Shown here piece after piece: positions 10,329-18,287 of a stretch of 64,000 nt of DNA. Under the pieces are notes generated by a model, which was given only the letters and a program-made list of their open reading frames with translations, searched no databases and was not told the origin of the DNA. Source of the stretch: an uncultured virus (IMG/VR IMGVR_UViG_3300031857_023291) (Duplodnaviria; Heunggongvirae; Uroviricota; Caudoviricetes); the IMG/VR virus record IMGVR_UViG_3300031857_023291; one strand, given 5' to 3'. Every line of letters begins with the position of its first letter. Positions within the stretch are counted from its first letter, which is position 1. Position numbers and translations under genes: made by a program.

Positions 10329-11126
10329 ATGAAGTATATTAAAACTTATGAATCATTCAACGTTAATGAGACATTAGATATGTTTACAATGCCAGTTGAT
10401 CCGATTGCTGGTGCTTACGATGTTTATGGTGACATTTGGAACTATCTAAAAGATAAAGCAAGTGATATTGCAAAAGCCTTAGGAAACAAATGGAATGAAT
10501 TTAAAGGAAAAGTAACTGACTTAGCTAATAAAGTAGCCGAACTTATCGGTGATAAATTATCAGAAGTTATTAAAAATATAGAATATGTATTTAAAAGTCC
10601 TATACAAGATTTAACATTTGAAGATATTAAAAGGGGATTACAAAACATGCCTCAAGTTCAAGAACTTACTAAGACTAATGAAGAGTTTGACTTTCACCCA
10701 AAAGCAGGAGTAGAAATCGATGGAAAAAATCCATTAAGTATATCTAAAGATGATCCACTAATACAAAAAATATTAGGTATATTTCAATTTATATTTAAAT
10801 TGAACTTTGTATCATGCTTTGTACCACTAGCAGCAGTGTTTGCATTCTATTTTGGATTCTTCACTGGAGTTCCAACATCAATACTAGTTACTTATATGGC
10901 TGTTGCAATCTTTGGAGTTATTAGAACTCTTATTTATAGAGCTATGGAAAAACCAAAAAAAGAAATGTCAGAAGAAGAAAAGAATGATTATAAAACTTGG
11001 CAAAAAATTAAATCAGAAATTGAAGGCAAAGGTGGCACCTGGGATGATTTTAATACAAGAATTGTACAAGCTAAAAAAGATTGGCTATCATCGGGTAAAA
11101 AATCCTATGAATGGCTTACAGCTTAG
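10329..11126 (+). CDS. N-tagged membrane protein, paralog 1 of tandem pair
   Basis: MKYIKTYESFNVNE; hydrophobic hairpin near C-terminus. Confidence 0.8.
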   Translation: MKYIKTYESFNVNETLDMFTMPVDPIAGAYDVYGDIWNYLKDKASDIAKALGNKWNEFKGKVTDLANKVAELIGDKLSEVIKNIEYVFKSPIQDLTFEDIKRGLQNMPQVQELTKTNEEFDFHPKAGVEIDGKNPLSISKDDPLIQKILGIFQFIFKLNFVSCFVPLAAVFAFYFGFFTGVPTSILVTYMAVAIFGVIRTLIYRAMEKPKKEMSEEEKNDYKTWQKIKSEIEGKGGTWDDFNTRIVQAKKDWLSSGKKSYEWLTA

Positions 11127-11130
11127 TTAT

Positions 11131-11163
11131 AAAAAACCTCATCAAATAAGATGAGGTTTTTTT
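11131..11163 (+). terminator. Repeated terminator hairpin CCTCATC-AAATAA-GATGAGG (copy 1)
   Basis: A-run/stem-loop/T-run; same hairpin at 11869, 20536, 23615. Confidence 0.85.
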
Positions 11164-11227
11164 ATTTCTACTGATAATAATTTTAGATTTTAATTTTAAT
11201 ATATAACTAAAATTAAATTTATTTATT

Positions 11228-11848
11228 ATGAAATATATTAAAACTTATGAGTCATTCAATGTTAATGAAACAATGGATATGATGTTTATGCCTGTTGATC
11301 CAATTGCAGGAGCAGCTGACGTTTATGGTGACATTTGGAATTATTTAAAAGATAAAGCTACTGATATCGCGAAAACATTAGGAAACAAATGGAATGAATT
11401 TAAAGGTAAAGTATCTGAATTGGTTAATAAAATAGTTGAAATTATAGGAGATAATTTATCAGAAGTTATCAAAAATATAGAATATGTATTTAAAAGTCCT
11501 ATACAAGATTTAACATTTGAAGATATTAAAAAGGGATTACAAAACATGCCTCAAGTTCAAGAACTTACTAAGACTAATGAAGAGTTTGACTTTCATAAAA
11601 AGTCAGGAATGGAAAACATGGGAGACCCTGGTATATCTAAAGATGATCCACTAATACAAAAAGTATTAGGAGTGTTTCAATTCATATTTAAAGTAAATAT
11701 GTTTGCGTGTTTCGTTCCATTAGCAGCAGTGTTTGCATTCTGCTTTGGATTCTATACTGGAATGATTCCATCAATAATTGTTACCTTTTTGGGTGTTGCA
11801 ATTTTTGGAGTTATTAGAACTCTACTTTATAAAGCTTCTGAAAGATAG
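11228..11848 (+). CDS. N-tagged membrane protein, paralog 2 of tandem pair
   Basis: Long near-identical stretches with 10329..11126 at DNA and protein level. Confidence 0.8.
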   Translation: MKYIKTYESFNVNETMDMMFMPVDPIAGAADVYGDIWNYLKDKATDIAKTLGNKWNEFKGKVSELVNKIVEIIGDNLSEVIKNIEYVFKSPIQDLTFEDIKKGLQNMPQVQELTKTNEEFDFHKKSGMENMGDPGISKDDPLIQKVLGVFQFIFKVNMFACFVPLAAVFAFCFGFYTGMIPSIIVTFLGVAIFGVIRTLLYKASER

Positions 11849-11868
11849 TTAGTTACTAAAAGTTATTT

Positions 11869-11899
11869 AAAACCTCATCAAATAAGATGAGGTTTTTTT
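11869..11899. terminator. Repeated terminator hairpin (copy 2), bidirectional
   Basis: AAAACCTCATCAAATAAGATGAGGTTTTTTT between convergent genes. Confidence 0.85.
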
Positions 11900-12716
11900 A
11901 TTTAGCCATCTTAGATAATGCCACTTTCTTAATTTGACGACATCTTTCTTGACCGAGACCAATAGTATCAGCAATCTCACCAATTGTAGATTCTGATTTA
12001 CCATTTAAACCAAATGACATTTCAATAACTAACTTTTCTTTAGTAGTTAGTTTTGAAAGTAGTTGATTTACTTCTATAGTATTTGATTCTGATATCAAAC
12101 CACTATCAGTATATGAATCAGAACTTAAAGTATCACCTAAGGTAAAGTCTTCGTCTAATTCAAAATCTAAAGATGAATGGTATTGACTTGAGCCTAAAGT
12201 TAATTGTAGTTTATCACTATCTATATTTAATGATTCAGCTAACTCTTCTATATCAGCGGGTCTTTCTAATTGTTGCTCTAATTCAGATTGTGTTGTTTTG
12301 ATTAGATTTAATTGTCTAATTTGGTTTTGTGGTAGTCTTACCATTCGACCATTATCACCAATTGATTGTAGAATAGATTGTCTAATCCACCAAACAGCAT
12401 AAGTGATGAATTTAGTATCTTTAGTGAAATCAAACTTCTGAGCCGCTTTGATTAAACCAAGATTTCCTTCACTAACTAAGTCAGATATTTCAAGACCTCT
12501 ACCGACATATTGTTTAGCAATACTTACTACAAATCTTAGATTAGATTCGATTAGTTTTTTTTCAGCTCGTTTATCACCAGCTTGTATTAATTTAGCCAGT
12601 TCTTTTTCCTCGATAGCATCAATCATTTCGATAGGTGAAATATCTTTAAGATATTTATCAAATGATGGTAATTGACGATCGGTAATTGTTTGTGTAATTT
12701 TTGTAGACTTTCTCAT
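11898..12716 (-). CDS. rpoD: RNA polymerase sigma-70 factor, Bacteroidota RpoD-like
   Basis: NLRFVVSIAKQY, DLVSEGNLGLIKAA.KFD, KF.TYAVWWIRQSI, ERCRQI; MRKSTKIT..IT.R..S.DKYL N-terminus lacking region 1.1; start moved to 12716. Confidence 0.92.
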   Translation of the reverse strand: MRKSTKITQTITDRQLPSFDKYLKDISPIEMIDAIEEKELAKLIQAGDKRAEKKLIESNLRFVVSIAKQYVGRGLEISDLVSEGNLGLIKAAQKFDFTKDTKFITYAVWWIRQSILQSIGDNGRMVRLPQNQIRQLNLIKTTQSELEQQLERPADIEELAESLNIDSDKLQLTLGSSQYHSSLDFELDEDFTLGDTLSSDSYTDSGLISESNTIEVNQLLSKLTTKEKLVIEMSFGLNGKSESTIGEIADTIGLGQERCRQIKKVALSKMAK

Positions 12717-12759
12717 ATAATATAAATATAGTGTATAGACGTGAAAAGTCAACAAAAGT

Positions 12760-12785
12760 TACAGAAAAATGCGTATTTTTTTGTA
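12760..12785. promoter_or_regulatory. Palindromic operator-like element TACAGAAA-N10-TTTTTGTA
   Basis: Same spacing as copies at 18232, 23722, 24887; between divergent genes. Confidence 0.55.
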
Positions 12786-12809
12786 TTTTTTTAATATATT
12801 TGTGAAATT

Positions 12810-13076
12810 ATGATAACACCAGAATTACTTAACGAAAACCTTAGTGACTTAGTAGATAAATATGAACTTACCATAGATATCAAATCTAAGATGAGGTTTA
12901 ATATTTATTCATTAGATGACTTACCATCCGAGATAAAAGTAGATATAAATGTGAGAATGAAGTCTATTTGTGAAGGGCTTGGTAGAAAACGTTTTGAAAT
13001 TGACCACCCACTTATGATTAGAAAGGGTGACAATGTTATTATAAAGAGTGGTATTTGGTCAATAAGAATATTCTAG
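12810..13076 (+). CDS. Hypothetical protein
   Basis: ORF track; TATATTTG just upstream. Confidence 0.65.
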   Translation: MITPELLNENLSDLVDKYELTIDIKSKMRFNIYSLDDLPSEIKVDINVRMKSICEGLGRKRFEIDHPLMIRKGDNVIIKSGIWSIRIF

Positions 13077-13162
13077 TTATTTAATCAGTATTTGAAATAT
13101 TTAGTATAAGCAATTGCTTATCTAATAAATTGTATTATCTTTGTAGAAATCCACTTCACCAT

Positions 13163-13594
13163 ATGTCAATTCAATTTATTCCAGCTAAAGACTCTATTAA
13201 AGGCTACCAAGAATCAAAGATTGCACAATCAGAATATAAAGATTGTGTTGTTAGGGCATTTGCTGCTGCCTTAGATTGGGATTATAACAAAGCTCACCGA
13301 TTCATTGCAACAGAGTTTCTAAGACAACCAAAAAAGGCAACTATGAAATTCATACCTACTATGAATAAAATGGTTTCAGAAGGTCGTAAATTAGGCCGTA
13401 AAAAGATTAAGTTTATTCAGGATGAAGGTATTAAAACGGTTGGTCAGTTCGTAAAATGGTATGATAAAGGAACTTATATTTTAGTTATATCAGGTCATGC
13501 ATTTACTATTAAAGATGGAGTAGTAGTTGGTGGTAATTGGAATGATGCTGAGAGAATGCGTTGTCGAATTAAAGGAGTTTGGAAAATTGGTTAG
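13163..13594 (+). CDS. Hypothetical protein with Cys/His pair (DCVVRA...GHA), possible papain-like fold
   Basis: Motif pattern only; TATCTTTG at 13136-13143; start moved to ATG 13163. Confidence 0.5.
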   Translation: MSIQFIPAKDSIKGYQESKIAQSEYKDCVVRAFAAALDWDYNKAHRFIATEFLRQPKKATMKFIPTMNKMVSEGRKLGRKKIKFIQDEGIKTVGQFVKWYDKGTYILVISGHAFTIKDGVVVGGNWNDAERMRCRIKGVWKIG

Positions 13595-13619
13595 TATTAA
13601 TTTTTTACGCAAATAATCT

Positions 13620-14093
13620 ATGATTTCACTAATGAAACTTATTGATTGGATAAAAAGTCTTTTCAGTAAAAAAACAAATGTTAATAAACCGGTTAGAGTA
13701 TTAACTAATAATGAGTTAAGGTTATTAAACAGATTAAAAAATGATGAAGTTTATCTCTCTAATAAAGGGAACAAGTGTTACTTAATTGATGGAGCTTATA
13801 TTGAAATCTTAGGTAGGTATTCTTATCCAGATGTTGATATGACTAAATCCGGTATAGTTTGTAAAAACATAAACACCGGTGAGATAATTGATTTAGGTAA
13901 ATGGACTCATGATTTTTATAGTTTCTTTAATAGAAAACCACACGAATGGGTTAAGTTATTGGAACGTGATATGCAATATCAATATAGAATAGACTCAGAT
14001 GATTTATCAGATGCTGAGTTATCTAATAAGTACTTTGATAAAATACCTAAAGATTATTTAAGAGAGATTAGATTGAAAGAACTGGGGCTATGA
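13620..14093 (+). CDS. Hypothetical protein, C-terminal tag (LREIRLKELGL)
   Basis: ORF track. Confidence 0.75.
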   Translation: MISLMKLIDWIKSLFSKKTNVNKPVRVLTNNELRLLNRLKNDEVYLSNKGNKCYLIDGAYIEILGRYSYPDVDMTKSGIVCKNINTGEIIDLGKWTHDFYSFFNRKPHEWVKLLERDMQYQYRIDSDDLSDAELSNKYFDKIPKDYLREIRLKELGL

Positions 14094-14518
14094 TTGAATT
14101 TTATTCAAATGGAACACAGATAGGTTTCTCACTGCATGGATGGGGTGGTATAATACTATTATCTTATTTTGTTTTAGATGTAGTAAGTCTTTTTGCTACA
14201 AAGTCACTTATAGCTCATAAGATACTTATTTGGTTTAGAGTTCGTAGAGAAGTTAAAAAAATGATACCTAATTGGTGGAGTATTGATAAAGTAGACATTG
14301 TTACAATTGAAAGATTGAATACCGGATATAAAGTATATGTTCAGATTAGGAGTAAGTTAATGAAGTCAGATTGGACTAACGACCATATTATTGTTGATTG
14401 GTTAGGTAGGATAAAAAATCAAAAGTTAATTGAAGGTATAAAATGGTACGACGATAGAAGTGAGGATAAAATAAAAAGATGGAAAAGAGATAACATATTA
14501 GAAAAAATAGGAATATGA
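14090..14518 (+). CDS. Membrane-anchored hypothetical protein, C-terminal tag (KRDNILEKIGI)
   Basis: N-terminal TM segment; ATGA overlaps. Confidence 0.75.
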   Translation: MIEFYSNGTQIGFSLHGWGGIILLSYFVLDVVSLFATKSLIAHKILIWFRVRREVKKMIPNWWSIDKVDIVTIERLNTGYKVYVQIRSKLMKSDWTNDHIIVDWLGRIKNQKLIEGIKWYDDRSEDKIKRWKRDNILEKIGI

Positions 14519-14892
14519 AAATAGCACTTATAGCACACGATGGTAAAAAGGCAGACATGGTAGCCTTTGTAATGAAAAGATTAGAATTCTTTAATAACAA
14601 AAAGGTTGAGATTGTAGCAACTGGAACAACAGGTGGTATGATACAAAGAGCAGGTGTTGATAAAGTTCAAACTATGTTATCTGGTCCACTTGGTGGTGAT
14701 GCTGAAATTGGTTCAATGGTTGCTAATGGGCAAATAGATGCTGTTATCTTTTTTAGAGATCCTTTAGATAAACACCCACACGATGTTGATATATCTATGC
14801 TTATGAGGTTATGTGATGTTCATAATTGTCCATTAGCGACCAATTATAGAAGTGGTGATATTATGATTAAATACTTTAAAACAAAAGTTTAA
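14515..14892 (+). CDS. mgsA: Methylglyoxal synthase
   Basis: IALIAHD.KK, ATGTTG, SGPLGGD, FF.DPL..HPHD.D, RLCDV.N.PLATN. Confidence 0.96.
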   Translation: MKIALIAHDGKKADMVAFVMKRLEFFNNKKVEIVATGTTGGMIQRAGVDKVQTMLSGPLGGDAEIGSMVANGQIDAVIFFRDPLDKHPHDVDISMLMRLCDVHNCPLATNYRSGDIMIKYFKTKV

Positions 14893-14893
14893 T

Positions 14894-15292
14894 ATGACAT
14901 TTAGAGAAAGATTAGAATCATATGATAAGATAAAAGATTATGATTTTGCACAGAAGATATACGCAAATCTTTGTAACTTGGTTTGGTATGATTATGTTAA
15001 TGATGAGGTTATAACATTCTCTTGGAGAAGTTCTGGTGGTTTTGTTGCAAGCATAAGACAATTAGGTGAGGATTATATGGACTTTTATTGTTCAGGTAAT
15101 GAAGGTGAGATAGATGATGAGATTGAAAAGTTATTTGAATCATGGAATATAGTCAATGTAAGGGGATACTATGATAATAAAACTAAAACTGAAGAAGAAC
15201 GTATAGAGGAGTTTAAAAAAACAAATCCTTTAGTTGTTGCTTATAATAGAGATAATAAAATTGACACATTAGTAAATAAAAAATATGAATAG
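14894..15292 (+). CDS. Hypothetical protein, C-terminal tag variant (NRDNKIDTLV)
   Basis: ORF track; YANLCN..W, SWRSSGG, YMDFYCSG motifs. Confidence 0.75.
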   Translation: MTFRERLESYDKIKDYDFAQKIYANLCNLVWYDYVNDEVITFSWRSSGGFVASIRQLGEDYMDFYCSGNEGEIDDEIEKLFESWNIVNVRGYYDNKTKTEEERIEEFKKTNPLVVAYNRDNKIDTLVNKKYE

Positions 15293-15331
15293 AGAAACTA
15301 AGATAGTAAGTTAAAAGAATTAGGATTATGA
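15291..15331 (+). pseudogene. Orphan remnant of the C-terminal tag (..DSKLKELGL*)
   Basis: gagaaactaagatagtaagttaaaagaattaggattatga aligns to gagaaactaagagataataaattaaaagaattaggaatatga at the end of 15585..15851 with a 2-nt deletion. Confidence 0.65.
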
Positions 15332-15585
15332 AAGTAGTTTGTATAGATGATCGAAAATTATCCCCTTTTTATCTTGGTAAAAAGATAGGGAGTCTTACTA
15401 CAGGTAAGATTTATGATGCTATTGATCAGGAAAAAACCAAAACTTCGGATGTTCCCTATTTGCCAAATGAATCCTCTACTTATAAAATAATCGATGATAA
15501 TGGACAACCTGATTGGTATAATGACGATGTTTTAATGCCACTTGAGAAATACAGAGAATTAAAGTTAAAAGAGTTAGGAATATAA
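15328..15585 (+). CDS. Small beta-rich hypothetical protein, C-terminal tag (YRELKLKELGI)
   Basis: KVVCID..LTTGKIY..YKIIDDNG..WY pattern. Confidence 0.8.
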   Translation: MKVVCIDDRKLSPFYLGKKIGSLTTGKIYDAIDQEKTKTSDVPYLPNESSTYKIIDDNGQPDWYNDDVLMPLEKYRELKLKELGI

Positions 15586-15851
15586 TGTATAGTTTAATAG
15601 TTAAACATAACGGAAAAATAATAATTCACAGAACTTTAACACCTGATGAGTTATCAACAGTGTATGGATCTGGTACTATACAATTAGTCATTAATGCTTT
15701 TATAAAATATATAGGATTAGATATTTCCAGTTATGGATTAAATGAATTTGAAAATCCTCTAACAAACAAAAATAGGAGTTTTACAATCTATATAAGAAAC
15801 GAAGATTTAGAGAAACTAAGAGATAATAAATTAAAAGAATTAGGAATATGA
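15585..15851 (+). CDS. Hypothetical protein, C-terminal tag (LRDNKLKELGI)
   Basis: ORF track. Confidence 0.75.
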   Translation: MYSLIVKHNGKIIIHRTLTPDELSTVYGSGTIQLVINAFIKYIGLDISSYGLNEFENPLTNKNRSFTIYIRNEDLEKLRDNKLKELGI

Positions 15852-16385
15852 TTAAGCTTTAGCAATAAATATTAACTGTGATAATTCAAAATCATTCATA
15901 ATAAATTCATTGAAGTCTAATTTATAACCAGCATTATATTTACCAATTTTTGCAACAAAATATACCATGATTGAGTTAAAACCTTCTGATTCTAAATAAT
16001 CTTTCATTCTGTTAAATTCTTCTTTAACCTCATCATCCATCTTTAATCCAACACAATTACGAACGACGTGGTCCATATATGGATTTACAAACAGAGGATT
16101 ACCATATTTAGAAAGTCTTATAGTTATATTATTTTCTTTACCAATATAATCCTTATCGATCCTTGTTGAAAGGCTTAAAATATCTGCCACTTTACTATTT
16201 GTGAGGGGGAGAGTTTTTGGCTGCATAAGTTCTTGTTCAGTAACACCAAATCGAGTATAATCTATTAAATAAACATCTACATCATAATCCATATCAGATA
16301 TAGGTAGGAGAATTTCTTTTAAAGTTTTCTTGATATCATCATAATTATCACTTTCAAATAACCTATATGTAGTTAAATATTTCAC
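15852..16385 (-). CDS. N-tagged protein of the 'D.LL..SD...YL.SEG' paralog family
   Basis: GTG start gives MKYLTTYRLFES; LKEILLPISDMDY...MKDYLESEGF. Confidence 0.75.
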   Translation of the reverse strand: MKYLTTYRLFESDNYDDIKKTLKEILLPISDMDYDVDVYLIDYTRFGVTEQELMQPKTLPLTNSKVADILSLSTRIDKDYIGKENNITIRLSKYGNPLFVNPYMDHVVRNCVGLKMDDEVKEEFNRMKDYLESEGFNSIMVYFVAKIGKYNAGYKLDFNEFIMNDFELSQLIFIAKA

Positions 16386-16436
16386 TATGTATATATAAAA
16401 TATATTATACAAAGAATTAAATGAATTAGGGCTATA

Positions 16437-16454
16437 ATCCTTATATTTGTATTA
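16437..16454 (+). promoter_or_regulatory. Bacteroidota-type -7 promoter (TATATTTG) in identical 18-mer ATCCTTATATTTGTATTA
   Basis: Identical 18-mer at 18271-18288 and 21140-21157; matches TAnnTTTG consensus. Confidence 0.75.
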
Positions 16455-16455
16455 G

Positions 16456-16770
16456 ATGGAAAAAGTTATTATTGAAAAAGACACAGTTCGTAAATGTGTA
16501 ATCCTTGAAAACGAGGGTGAATATGTATTTCGTTCGGGACCAGGAGAATTCCACGAAGACGTTGCAAACAGCTTTAGAGAAAAAGAATCTCTAAAAGATT
16601 GGAGAATACGTGGAGGCGGCCGTGTTCGTTGGTCCGATCTTGGAATAAGAGTTTATGGGTATTCCGTTGACTATGGAAAAATGGATAAAGACATTGTCGA
16701 AAAACTCGTTTCAGAGTTCGCAAAAGAGAATGGAGTTCAATTTATAAACGAAACAGGTGAAGGATATTGA
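16456..16770 (+). CDS. Janus/Ocnus (PHPT1)-like phosphohistidine phosphatase
   Basis: KCVI..VFRS...FHED...GGGRV...IRVYGYSVDYG parallels PHPT1 KYVL..IVRG...YHAD...GGGRI...IHVYGYSMAYG. Confidence 0.7.
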   Translation: MEKVIIEKDTVRKCVILENEGEYVFRSGPGEFHEDVANSFREKESLKDWRIRGGGRVRWSDLGIRVYGYSVDYGKMDKDIVEKLVSEFAKENGVQFINETGEGY

Positions 16771-16978
16771 CATAAAAAATTGGGTTTGTATAGATAATAG
16801 AGGGTATGAAAAACACCTAATAGTAGGTAAAGTATATACCGAAATTGAATCTAACTTTGTTGACCACCAGTGTATTTTAATAAAAGATGAAACCGGTATA
16901 CCACATGAGTATCATTACCCATCAAGATTTGTTTCAATAGATGAATGGAGAGAAATGCAATTAAATAAAATACTATAA
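16757..16978 (+). CDS. Small beta-rich hypothetical protein, C-terminal tag (WREMQLNKIL)
   Basis: VCID..LIVGKVY..IKDETG pattern. Confidence 0.75.
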   Translation: MKDIDIKNWVCIDNRGYEKHLIVGKVYTEIESNFVDHQCILIKDETGIPHEYHYPSRFVSIDEWREMQLNKIL

Positions 16979-17253
16979 TGTCACAGAGAGAACGAAGAAT
17001 TAATGATGCACTAAGATACTACGGGTTATCCGTTATAATTAGAACCGAAGACGAATTCAACCATATAAAGAACTTTCTAAGCGATGATGTTCTTTTCATC
17101 GACTTCGTTCCACAAATGGCCACAAAACTAACCTCAATAGTTATATGGTCAAGTCATAAAGACTATAGCACAGGTAGCGTAGGTTGTGCCCAATCCCAAA
17201 AAGAAAGCTTTATCAGAGTGGTTGAGTTTAATGATTTCTTTAAATTAAAATAA
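16978..17253 (+). CDS. Hypothetical protein
   Basis: ORF track. Confidence 0.65.
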   Translation: MSQRERRINDALRYYGLSVIIRTEDEFNHIKNFLSDDVLFIDFVPQMATKLTSIVIWSSHKDYSTGSVGCAQSQKESFIRVVEFNDFFKLK

Positions 17254-17254
17254 T

Positions 17255-17638
17255 ATGATATATTCTACACCATCTATTGAATCAAATTTCTACGAAAATC
17301 GTAATAAGATACAATCATATATTAGCCACGGTGTCGTAATGGCTGAATCCATAAATAATGACCTATTAGTAATGACTTGTGATGGTATTCAACGATCCTC
17401 AGATAGTCATAGCTTTGAAGGTATTGTTATAAAAACTGATACACCTAATTATACAGTCGGTCAAAAATACACATTCAATAATAACTACTTTAATGTAGTC
17501 GATTGTGAAATGATAATAAACCCAATAGAAAAAAGAAAGTCTGGATGGTCTATAAATGATTATAAAAATAAAACTCGTGTTAGAGCGAGAACGATACAAG
17601 ATATACGCAATGATAAATTAGAAAAGTTATTACAATAA
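17255..17638 (+). CDS. Hypothetical protein, C-terminal tag (IRNDKLEKLLQ)
   Basis: ORF track. Confidence 0.75.
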   Translation: MIYSTPSIESNFYENRNKIQSYISHGVVMAESINNDLLVMTCDGIQRSSDSHSFEGIVIKTDTPNYTVGQKYTFNNNYFNVVDCEMIINPIEKRKSGWSINDYKNKTRVRARTIQDIRNDKLEKLLQ

Positions 17639-17654
17639 GATATACAGAAAAACG
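17636..17654 (+). repeat. 19-bp direct repeat TAAGATATACAGAAAAACG (second copy 18225-18243)
   Basis: Exact match seen in sequence; brackets the 17700..18179 gene. Confidence 0.85.
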
Positions 17655-17699
17655 CCCCGGTCCGAAACCAGGTTTTCTTTTTAATATATACTAAAAACT

Positions 17700-18179
17700 A
17701 TGATATATTTAAAAACATTTGAATCTTATGATAACCAGGTAAATGGTTATGTATTGAATGGTATATTCTTTTTATCTGGATTCAATGAGGTTATGTTTTC
17801 TAAACCATCATTAGTTGAGATAGAAAAAATCTTTGATGAATTAAATAATAAATATGATTTTTTAGCTCCACTGACTGGTGTTTGGTTTCATGGTCCATTT
17901 GCTGCTAAGTATAATGTTTGGATACCTGGATATATATTTCAGGTTCCATGTAGAAGTTTAGAAGATGCTAAAGAATCAGCTAATGAAATTGTGAATAAAT
18001 TGAAAGTAATTTATAATAAACCTATTTGTATTGCTATATCAGAAGGTACGATAAAAGTTAATCAAAATGATCCACTAATGAGTGATGGGAGTGCTTATCA
18101 TAAAAGTGGACGTTATATTGATGATCCAAATAATTGCATGGATATGATAAAAAGTGATGAATCGATAAGAATGGTTTAA
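17700..18179 (+). CDS. N-tagged SatD-like (nucleotidyl-cyclase fold) protein, probably catalytically degenerate
   Basis: MIYLKTFESY; IAIS.G...SDGSAYHKSG..ID resembles SatD C-terminal motif; GYIFQ in place of GDxFQ. Confidence 0.5.
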   Translation: MIYLKTFESYDNQVNGYVLNGIFFLSGFNEVMFSKPSLVEIEKIFDELNNKYDFLAPLTGVWFHGPFAAKYNVWIPGYIFQVPCRSLEDAKESANEIVNKLKVIYNKPICIAISEGTIKVNQNDPLMSDGSAYHKSGRYIDDPNNCMDMIKSDESIRMV

Positions 18180-18231
18180 GTTCCTTTAGTATTCTTGAAG
18201 TTTTTCTCAGTTATAAATCCAAGTTAAGATA

Positions 18232-18257
18232 TACAGAAAAACGTGCAGATTTCTGTA
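18232..18257. promoter_or_regulatory. Palindromic element TACAGAAA-AACGTGCAGA-TTTCTGTA
   Basis: Perfect 8-bp arms; exact inverted copy at 24887-24912. Confidence 0.65.
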
Positions 18258-18287
18258 TTATTAGAAAATAATCCTTATATTTGTATT

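Noticed and set aside
10329..11848. Diversity-generating retroelement template/variable repeat pair
   Set aside because: Whole-cassette duplication with differences not confined to adenines; no reverse transcriptase in the window.
17636..18243. IS or transposon
   Set aside because: No transposase or terminal inverted repeats; reported only as a direct-repeat-flanked cassette.
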